Shown piece after piece: positions 29,386-36,974 of a DNA stretch of 64,000 nt. The DNA comes from Opitutaceae bacterium (lineage in GTDB: Bacteria; Verrucomicrobiota; Verrucomicrobiia; Opitutales; Opitutaceae). Below the pieces are notes generated by a model. The model did not search any database. It saw only the letters and a program-made list of their open reading frames with translations, and was not told the origin of the DNA. A program made the translations under genes and the position numbers. How positions within the stretch are numbered: the stretch's first letter is position 1; the number at the start of each line of letters is the position of its first letter. Location of the stretch: NCBI GenBank assembly GCA_965279695.1, contig OZ257259.1, forward strand, positions 3,724,531 through 3,788,530, in the 5' to 3' direction.

Positions 29386-29970
29386 ATGACCGCTTCCGCT
29401 GCAATACTTCGCTTTCGAATCACGATGGCCGTTTTCATCGTGGGATTACTCGTTAGCGGCATTACGGCATTTCCACTTTTGGCGGAGATGAAGCTCCTGA
29501 CGTCGTGGCTCGGTCTTGCCGAAGCGACGTCGCCCGCTGGTCACACTGGCTTGGATTTCTGGATTCTCACCGTGAAGTTCGGCCTTGAGGACATGTATGC
29601 GCGCTATCCGTGGATCGCTTACGGCACCGACTGGTTGGCTTTCGGCCACATCACGATCGCACTTTTCTTTATCGGACCGTTCTTCCGGCCGGTAGAAGGT
29701 CGCTCGGTTGTCTGCGCCGGGATAGCGGCATGCGTTTTAGTGATCCCTCTGGCGCTAGTTTGCGGTGCGGTCAGAGGGATTCCCCTCTATTGGCGTTTGA
29801 TCGATTGTTCGTTTGGCGTGTTTGGCGTCCTTCCGCTTTTCTATTGCTTACGACTGCTGCGGCACATCGCCCCAAAACCGCCTAACCAGTCGCTAGAGCC
29901 AACGACCCTGCTTGGCACGTCGGCTGCGCAGCAGCCTTTGGTGCCAAGCAGGGTCGTGGCTCATCTGTAA
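29386..29970 (+). CDS. Hypothetical multi-TM membrane protein (low-GC island ORFan)
   Basis: There are 4-5 hydrophobic helices. The local GC is about 53%, against about 67% in the surrounding DNA. I recognise no family. Confidence 0.45.
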   Translation: MTASAAILRFRITMAVFIVGLLVSGITAFPLLAEMKLLTSWLGLAEATSPAGHTGLDFWILTVKFGLEDMYARYPWIAYGTDWLAFGHITIALFFIGPFFRPVEGRSVVCAGIAACVLVIPLALVCGAVRGIPLYWRLIDCSFGVFGVLPLFYCLRLLRHIAPKPPNQSLEPTTLLGTSAAQQPLVPSRVVAHL

Positions 29971-29985
29971 CGTTCGGCAAAAATA

Positions 29986-30363
29986 ATGAAAACCGCCAAA
30001 ACATTTCTCCTCTTTTTCGTCATCGCTACAGCATTTTTATTCGCTGAAGAAACCAAGACTCCGGCACTTCCCGCCTTAGCCGAAATCTTCACGGTCGAAG
30101 TGCTGCGGTATTCGGGAAATACCTTTTCTCCAGATTTTCAGTTTGATCGCGAGTCATTCCTCGCCACGTATCCAAGGTTGCAGCCCGCCAAAGTGGAGAT
30201 TCCAGTGGGTATTAGTTTCATATGGCAGAACGGCGTTATCGTCACCAAAGATAAGCGGGTGCTTTTCTGGCGCACGTGCGACAAGCGATTTATTTTCGTC
30301 GATGATTCTACGGGAACGTTTGCTTATGGCGTCGCCGAAAAGATTTCCCTTTTTGACCGCTAA
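29986..30363 (+). CDS. Hypothetical small secreted protein (low-GC island ORFan)
   Basis: It has the signal peptide MKTAKTFLLFFVIATAFLFA. The local GC is about 48%. I recognise no family. Confidence 0.4.
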   Translation: MKTAKTFLLFFVIATAFLFAEETKTPALPALAEIFTVEVLRYSGNTFSPDFQFDRESFLATYPRLQPAKVEIPVGISFIWQNGVIVTKDKRVLFWRTCDKRFIFVDDSTGTFAYGVAEKISLFDR

Positions 30364-30444
30364 AAACCCAAACCTACAGAGCCGAATCGGGTAGCCGGAG
30401 GTAATTAGCCCCCGGCCCCCACACCACCGGACATGCGGGTCCGG

Positions 30445-30560
30445 AAAAGCAGCCGAACGACGTCAGGTCTTAAAAGCAGCCGAACGACGTCAGGTCTTGA
30501 CTCTTGACTGTTTGCCCGGCCTCCGCCCTGTTTTCCTCCCTGGCAGACCTCTGCTCATCG
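30445..30560 (+). repeat. Solo copy of the tandem-repeat element: two perfect 27-bp direct repeats (aaaagcagccgaacgacgtcaggtctt) + gactcttgactg + ~50-bp conserved block
   Basis: The two 27-bp units at 30445-30471 and 30472-30498 are identical. The following block, gtcttgactcttgactgtttgcccggcctccgccctgttttcctccctggcagacctctgc, is about 85% identical to 33239-33310. Confidence 0.7.
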
Positions 30561-31048
30561 CCCCCGCTCCCGGCCACTCCGCCTGCATTCGACGCGACTC
30601 GTCGATTCCAGCGTCGAACTCACCATTTCTTCTTCGCGCGTTCGATTCCCCACCACATCACAAGGCATAGCAGTCATCTGGGCCGGCTATCGCGAGTTAC
30701 GCGGCCTACGTAGCGGCGGATCTTGCGCGTCCGCCGTTCCGCCGCATTCTCCATCTCGTTCTTTGGATACGCACGCCTAAGAGACGCCGCTTCCTCGGCG
30801 TTTTCACGGGGGACCCACATTTCCGTCACGCACTCTTGCGCGGCGGACGGGGCGAACGGACGCAGGCAACTGCGCCCAAGGTGACTTCCTAGCACCGAGC
30901 CCGTCAGCTAACCTCGTCGGCAATGGGAAGGGTGATCCACTGCGCGCCAGCTCGGGCTGCGCGTCACGGTCGCTCCACTACATCCGCACCGTCGTGCGCG
31001 CTTGCCCCAACCATGCGCGCCTGGCGGGGCATTTCGGAGTCCTCCACC

Positions 31049-32989
31049 ATGTCCGCTTCCTTCGCTTCCGCCCTCGCCTCCGCAGGTTCGCTCTGCGCGC
31101 TCCTGCTTCTCGTCGCCGCGAGTCTCGTGCTCAAAGGCCTCGCCCTTCAGCCACGCTCGCTCGTCTCCCGGCTCATCCTCGGCGGCATATCGCTGGCCCT
31201 TTTGCTCACGGCCTTTATCGTCGCCGATGGCTGGCTCACGCGCGCCGTGTTGTTCGTCTTCGGCGTCATCTTCGCGCCGCTGCTCTACGGCGTCGTCATC
31301 ATTCGCGAGGACCAGGTCGGCGTCGTCATCAAGAAATTCGCCCGCCGTAATCTCCCGCCCGGCGAACTCATCGCACTGCACGGCGAGGCCGGCTACCAGG
31401 CCGACACGCTCCCGCCCGGTCTGCACTTTGGCTACGGCTTCTGGCAATTCCGCGTCGCCAAATCCCCCATGGTCATCGTGCCGCAGGGCGAGATCGCCTG
31501 CGTCGTCTCCGCCGCCGGCGCGCAGATCCCACCCGAGCGTCTCCTCGCGAAGGTCATCGCGTGTGATAATTTCCAGGACGCCCGCGCCTTCCTCACCTCC
31601 GGTGGCGAAAAGGGCCGCCAGCTCGGCATTCTCACTGCCGGCAGTTACCGCATCAACCCGGCCCTCTTCACTGTCATCACCGCCGACCACGCTCACGATC
31701 ACGGGATGATTTCCGAACAGCTCGCCGTCACGCGCATCCAGCCCGACATGGTCGGCATCGTCACCACCCTCGACGGCCGTCCCATCGATCCGGGCGATAT
31801 CGCCGGCTCGCTCATCCACGACCACGACAACTTCCAAAACGCCCAATCCTTCCTCGCCGACGGCGGCCGCCGTGGCCTCCAGGAGCAAGTCCTCCTCTCC
31901 GGCGCCTGGAATCTCAACCCGTGGTTCGCCTCCGTCGAATCCGTCCCGATGCTCAACATCCCCATCGGCTCAGTCGGCGTGGTGATCTCCTTTGTCGGCC
32001 TCGCCCACGAAGATATCAGCGGTGCCGCGTTTAAACACGGTGACCTCGTCAACGTCGGCCACAAGGGCGTCTGGGTCACGCCGCTCAATCCCGGCAAGCA
32101 TCCGATCAACACTCGCATCATGCGCGTCGAACTCGTGCCCACCACCAACATCGTCCTCAACTGGGCCAACCGCTCCGAGGCGCACCACTACGACGAGAAA
32201 CTCAACTCGATAACCGTGCGCTCCAAAGACGGCTTTGCCTTCAATCTCGATGTATCCCAACTCATCCACGTCGGCGCCCTCGATGCGCCGAAAGTCATCT
32301 CGCGCCTCGGCTCGATGCAAAATCTCGTCGACCACGCGTTGCAGCCGATCGTCGGAAATTATTTCCGCAACTCCGCGCAGCACCACACCGTCCTCGATTT
32401 CCTCAACGCCCGCAGCGACCGCCAGGTCGAGGCCGCCGCCCACATCCGCACCGCCCTCGCCGCCTACGACGTGCAGGCCATCGACACGCTCATCGGCGAC
32501 ATCACGCCGCCCATCGAACTGATGAAAACTCAGACCGACCGCAAAATCGCCGAGGAGGAAAAGAAAACCTATGAGACCCAGGAGGCCGCCCAACGCCAGC
32601 GCCAGGAACTCGTGAAGGCCACCGCCCTCGCCAACATCCAGCAGCAGATGGTCGACGCCGACCAGGGCGTGCGCATCGCCGAACTCCACGCCCAGGCCGC
32701 CATTCGCTCCGCGAGCGGTGAAGCCGAGTCCACTAAACTTCGCGCTCTCGGCGAAGCCGACGCCATCCGCGCGACCGGTAACGCGAAAGCCGAAGCCTAC
32801 CGCGCCGGCGTCGAGTCTCTCGGTGGCGCCAACTACACCGTCATGCAGCTTACGCAGACGCTCGCCGACAAAAACATCCGCCTCGTTCCCGACGTCAGCG
32901 TCACCGGCGCCCAAGGCGGCAACGGTCTCCTCGACTCGATGCTCGCCCTTCTCGTCCGCGAGAAAGCCGACACGCACAAAGCCGCCTAA
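31049..32989 (+). CDS. Flotillin / SPFH (band-7) family membrane protein, YqiK-like
   Basis: It has an N-terminal TM helix and an SPFH domain (REDQVGVVIKKF...). The internal flotillin repeats are DNFQDARAFLTSGGEKGRQ... and DNFQNAQSFLADGGRRGLQ.... The C-terminus is coiled-coil, rich in A/E/Q. The start is moved to ATG 31049. Confidence 0.75.
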   Translation: MSASFASALASAGSLCALLLLVAASLVLKGLALQPRSLVSRLILGGISLALLLTAFIVADGWLTRAVLFVFGVIFAPLLYGVVIIREDQVGVVIKKFARRNLPPGELIALHGEAGYQADTLPPGLHFGYGFWQFRVAKSPMVIVPQGEIACVVSAAGAQIPPERLLAKVIACDNFQDARAFLTSGGEKGRQLGILTAGSYRINPALFTVITADHAHDHGMISEQLAVTRIQPDMVGIVTTLDGRPIDPGDIAGSLIHDHDNFQNAQSFLADGGRRGLQEQVLLSGAWNLNPWFASVESVPMLNIPIGSVGVVISFVGLAHEDISGAAFKHGDLVNVGHKGVWVTPLNPGKHPINTRIMRVELVPTTNIVLNWANRSEAHHYDEKLNSITVRSKDGFAFNLDVSQLIHVGALDAPKVISRLGSMQNLVDHALQPIVGNYFRNSAQHHTVLDFLNARSDRQVEAAAHIRTALAAYDVQAIDTLIGDITPPIELMKTQTDRKIAEEEKKTYETQEAAQRQRQELVKATALANIQQQMVDADQGVRIAELHAQAAIRSASGEAESTKLRALGEADAIRATGNAKAEAYRAGVESLGGANYTVMQLTQTLADKNIRLVPDVSVTGAQGGNGLLDSMLALLVREKADTHKAA

Positions 32990-33134
32990 AGCACGTCCGC
33001 TCCAACGGCCCGACGTGTTCCCAACCGCCGCCGCGCCCACGCCCCGTAGCCGCACCGGTTACGGGGCGCTCCCGTCCACCCTCTCCGTCCCCTTCCTCGG
33101 TAGGGCAGGCTTTACGCCCCGACGATCCGTTCCT

Positions 33135-33289
33135 CCACGCAGCGAACAACGTCACTCCACGCAGCGAACAACGTCAGGAACGCCGAACGACGTCAGGTCT
33201 TAACGCAGCGAACAACGTCAGTTAACGCAGCGAACAACGTCAGGTCTTGACTCTTGACTGATCGCCCGGCCCCCGCCCTGCTCCCCGCC
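33135..33289 (+). repeat. Iteron-like array: about five ~22-bp direct repeats (consensus a/cacgcagcgaacaacgtcag) + gtcttgactcttgactg + conserved block
   Basis: The units lie at about 33137-56, 33158-77, 33179-201, 33202-22 and 33223-45. Each contains or approximates the GACGTC palindrome. The array runs straight into the start codon at 33290. Confidence 0.7.
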
Positions 33290-34273
33290 ATGGCCAGACC
33301 TCTGCGCATCGAATTTGCCGGCGCTTGTTTCCACGTCATCAACCGCGGCAATTACCGCCGCACGCTCTTCACCGGCGACGGCGCGGCCGCCGCGTTTGAA
33401 CGCACCCTCGCCGAAGCCGCCACTCGCTTCCAGTGGCGCATCCACGCCTACGTGGTCATGAGCAACCACTTTCACCTCGCGCTCCAGCTCACCGAGCCGA
33501 ACCTCAGCGAGGGCATGAAGTGGCTCCAGGGCACCTGGATTCGCCGCTACAACGCCCTGCGCCGCCTCATCGGCCGTCCCTTCCAAGGCCGTTACAAAGC
33601 CCTGCTCGTCGAGCCCGGCCACGCGTTGGCCCAGGTCTGCCACTACATCCACCTCAACCCCGTGCGCGCCCGCCTCGTGCCGCCCGCCCAAGCCGCCCAC
33701 TACCCGTGGAGCAGCCTGCCGAAATTCATCGCCCGACCACGCCCCGCCTGGCTCGAAGCCGCGGAGTTTTTGGAGGCGGCCGGCGGTCTCGCGGACACTC
33801 CCGGCGGTTGGAAAAAATACCTGACCTACCTCGAGTTTCTCGCCGAAGACGAACCCTCGCGCAAAAGCCTCGTGGCCGAGCGTCTCAGCCGCGGCTGGTG
33901 TGTCGGCGGCGCGGAATTTCGGGCCTCGCTGAAACAGAAACTCGCCGCCCGCGGCGCCCTCGAAGAACGCTTTGCCGGCCTCGAACCCGCCACCGTGCGA
34001 GCCGAGCGCGAAACCCTCTGGGCCGAGCGCCTCATCGCCTTCGCCCGCGTCGCCAAGATCGACTTGGCCAAGCTGCCCGCGCCGAAATCCTCGCCCGAAA
34101 AAGTCCTGCTGGCCGCCGCCCTCAAGCAAACCTCCTCCGTGTCCAATGCTTGGCTGGCCACCCGGCTCGCCATGGGTGAGCCCGCCTCCGCGAGCCAATT
34201 CGTGCGCCGCCATCTCCTCACCAAGGAGGGTCGCACCGCGACGGCCGCACTGATCGCGAAAACCAAAATCTGA
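33290..34273 (+). CDS. IS200/IS605-family Y1 (HUH) tyrosine transposase homolog, RAYT-like, with ~170-aa C-terminal HTH-like extension
   Basis: The HUH motif is HAYVVMSNHFHLAL. The catalytic Tyr region is GRPFQGRYKALLV...CHYIHLNPVRARLV, which matches the transposase_17 signature ...YIxxNPVxxGLV. The C-terminal 170 aa are extra, with a DnaA-C-like helix-turn-helix flavour. Confidence 0.7.
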   Translation: MARPLRIEFAGACFHVINRGNYRRTLFTGDGAAAAFERTLAEAATRFQWRIHAYVVMSNHFHLALQLTEPNLSEGMKWLQGTWIRRYNALRRLIGRPFQGRYKALLVEPGHALAQVCHYIHLNPVRARLVPPAQAAHYPWSSLPKFIARPRPAWLEAAEFLEAAGGLADTPGGWKKYLTYLEFLAEDEPSRKSLVAERLSRGWCVGGAEFRASLKQKLAARGALEERFAGLEPATVRAERETLWAERLIAFARVAKIDLAKLPAPKSSPEKVLLAAALKQTSSVSNAWLATRLAMGEPASASQFVRRHLLTKEGRTATAALIAKTKI

Positions 34274-34602
34274 GCCCGCCCGCGGCCGTCGCTCCGCAGC
34301 CGCGCCCGTCCCGCGCAGCCCGCGCCCCCCGGCCCACGCGCAGTCGTCCGCCGCGATCGCAGTCCGCGCCCCAACCGGCGGTCCCCCCGCGCACTTCACC
34401 GCGCATTCCCGTTTCCCCCCGCGGTCATCGCTCCGCCGCCGCCCCCGTCCCACTTCCGGGAAACCCCCGTCCCGCCACCGCAGCCCCGGCCCAGCCCTAG
34501 CCGCCGCCCGATTTTCCCCGGAAAATTTCTTCCCGCTTCCGGCCAATCACTTAGCCACCGCCGCACCCCGCGGGCACGCCCGTTGCAAATGTCCCCGTCT
34601 CC

Positions 34603-35856
34603 ATGGACATCGCGCGCCCCGACCAATCTAAAGCCAAGCGGAAGAAACGCCTCATCTACGGCGCCCTCGCCGTCCTCGCCCTCGTCGCCATCACCGTCCT
34701 CCTCGCGGGCCTCAAACCCGCCGCGCCCACGCTCGACCGCAATCTCGTCTACATCGACACCGTGAAACGCGGCCAGATGCTGCGCCAAGTCCGCGGCCTC
34801 GGCACCCTCGTCCCCGAAGAAATCCGCTGGATCGCCGCCCGCACCCCCGGGCGCGTCGACAAGATCATCCTCCGCCCCGGCGCCACCGTCACCCCCGACA
34901 GCGTCATCCTCATGCTCGCCAACCCCGACGTCGAGCAGGCCGCCGCCAACGCCGATTCCCAGCTCAAAGCCGCCGAAGCCGAACTCGCCAATCTCCGCGT
35001 CACCCTCGAATCCGCCGTCCTCCAGGCCGAATCCGTCGCCGCCGGTGCCAACGCCGATTACCAAACCTCCAAACTCCGCGCCGAGGTCAACGACCAGCTC
35101 TTCAAAGACGGCCTCGTCTCCTCCCTCGACCGCCAGCTCTCCAAAGTCACCGCCGAGCAGGCCGCCACCCGCCACGCCATCGAGCAGAAACGCTTCGCCT
35201 TCGCCCAAGCCTCCATCGCCCCGCAGCTCGCCGTGAAACAGGCCGAGGTCGACCGCCTCCGCGCCCAAGCCCGCCTCCGCCGCGACGAACTCGACGCCCT
35301 CGCCGTGCGCTCCTCCATGCACGGCGTCCTCCAACTCCTCCCCGTCGAAGTCGGCGCCCAAGTCCAACCCGGCACCAACCTCGCCCGCGTCGCCGACCCC
35401 GCCCGCCTCAAAGCCGAAGTCCGCGTCGCCGAGACCCAGGCCAAAGACATCCTCATCGGCCAACCCGCCACCATCGACACCCGCAACGGCCTCGTCACCG
35501 GCCAAGTCTCCCGCATCGATCCCTCCGTCCAAAACGGCACCGTCACCGTCGACGTCCGCCTCACGGCCGAACTCCCCAAAGGCGCCCGCCCCGACCTCTC
35601 CGTCGACGGCACCATCGAACTCGAGCGCCTCACCGAGGTGCTCTACGTCGGCCGCCCCGCCTTCGGTGGCGAGAAGAGCGACGTCGGCATCTTCAAACTC
35701 GATGCCACCGGCCCCTACGCCGTTCGCACCCGCGTCAAACTCGGCCGCAGCTCCGTCAACACCATCGAAATCGTCTCCGGCCTCGCCCCCGGCGACCGCG
35801 TCATCCTCTCCGACATGTCCCAGTGGGACGCCAACGACCGCATCAAACTCAACTGA
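34603..35856 (+). CDS. HlyD-family periplasmic adaptor (membrane fusion protein, MacA-like)
   Basis: It has an N-terminal TM anchor, a coiled-coil hairpin (AANADSQLKAAEAELANLRVTLES) and a beta-barrel/MP domain. It is the first gene of the adaptor-ATPase-permease operon. Confidence 0.8.
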   Translation: MDIARPDQSKAKRKKRLIYGALAVLALVAITVLLAGLKPAAPTLDRNLVYIDTVKRGQMLRQVRGLGTLVPEEIRWIAARTPGRVDKIILRPGATVTPDSVILMLANPDVEQAAANADSQLKAAEAELANLRVTLESAVLQAESVAAGANADYQTSKLRAEVNDQLFKDGLVSSLDRQLSKVTAEQAATRHAIEQKRFAFAQASIAPQLAVKQAEVDRLRAQARLRRDELDALAVRSSMHGVLQLLPVEVGAQVQPGTNLARVADPARLKAEVRVAETQAKDILIGQPATIDTRNGLVTGQVSRIDPSVQNGTVTVDVRLTAELPKGARPDLSVDGTIELERLTEVLYVGRPAFGGEKSDVGIFKLDATGPYAVRTRVKLGRSSVNTIEIVSGLAPGDRVILSDMSQWDANDRIKLN

Positions 35857-36131
35857 TCCGTCCTACGATCAACCGCCCCTCCTCTCAAATACTCCGTAAC
35901 CTTTCGTGTCTTCCGTGTGTTTCGTGGGCACCACCGCTTCTTCCACCGCCACACTCACCGCCCGCCAACGCCACGTCGCACCGCCCGCCATGATCGCCCT
36001 CACCCTCGTCCTCGCCCTGATGATCGCCTTCGTCGCCCACGACACCGCCGATCACCGCTAAACTCTTCCGCCCCGCCGCCACCACTCCGTCCTCCCAAAT
36101 CGAAAATCGTAAATCCCAAATCATAAATTCC

Positions 36132-36830
36132 ATGTCCCCCACCTCTCTCATCAAACTCGATGGCGTCACCAAAGTTTTCCTCACCGACGAAGTCGAAACC
36201 CACGCCCTCTCCGGCATCCACCTCGACATCCGCCAGGGCGAATACGTGGCCATCGCCGGCCCCTCCGGCTGCGGCAAATCCACCCTCCTCTCCATCCTCG
36301 GCCTCCTCGATTCCCCCACCGACGGCACCTACCTCCTCAACGGCCGCCCCGTCCAAAGCCTCTCGCTCCCCGAGCGCGCCCGCATCCGCAACCGCGAGAT
36401 CGGTTTCATTTTCCAATCCTTCAACCTCATCGGCGACCTCACCGTCTACGAAAACGTCGAACTCCCCCTCACCTACCGCGGCATGCCCGCCGCCGAGCGC
36501 AAAACCGCCGTCACCACCGCCCTCGAAAAAGTCGGCATGGGCCACCGCGCCAAACACCTCCCGTCGCAGCTCTCCGGCGGACAACAACAACGCGTTGCCG
36601 TCGCCCGCGCCCTCGCCGGCTCGCCCGCCGTCCTCCTCGCCGACGAGCCCACCGGCAATCTCGATTCGAAAAACGGCGACTCAGTCATGGCTCTCCTCGC
36701 CGATCTCCACAAAGCCGGCGCCACGATCGTGATGGTTACGCACGACACCCGCTTCGCGCGCCACGCCGAACGCACCGTCCACATCTTCGACGGCCGCGTC
36801 GTCCAAGAGCACACCGAAGCCGCGCACTGA
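36132..36830 (+). CDS. ABC transporter ATP-binding protein (MacB/LolD-like)
   Basis: Walker A is GPSGCGKST. The ABC signature is LSGGQQQRVAVARAL. Walker B is LLADEPTGNLD. Confidence 0.9.
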   Translation: MSPTSLIKLDGVTKVFLTDEVETHALSGIHLDIRQGEYVAIAGPSGCGKSTLLSILGLLDSPTDGTYLLNGRPVQSLSLPERARIRNREIGFIFQSFNLIGDLTVYENVELPLTYRGMPAAERKTAVTTALEKVGMGHRAKHLPSQLSGGQQQRVAVARALAGSPAVLLADEPTGNLDSKNGDSVMALLADLHKAGATIVMVTHDTRFARHAERTVHIFDGRVVQEHTEAAH

Positions 36831-36974
36831 GGAGCACCGCGCGGCCGCGCACTCTAGGCTCTAGGCTGTAAGCTCTAAGCTTTAAGCGCTAAGCAAACGA
36901 CCCACCTCCCGAGGGAACGCCAACATCCCCGACCCCACCGCCTAAAGCTTACCGCTTACCGCCTTCCGCCCTTC

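Noticed and set aside
30504-30713. 69-aa ORF starting in the solo repeat copy
   Set aside because: It matches the HUH gene for only the first ~20 nt (tggcagacctctgc) and then diverges with no HUH motif. I treat it as a degenerate remnant, not a gene.
33218-34546. 442-aa minus-strand ORF overlapping the HUH transposase-like gene
   Set aside because: It is antisense to an ORF with clear HUH and Y1 motifs and has a low-complexity translation.
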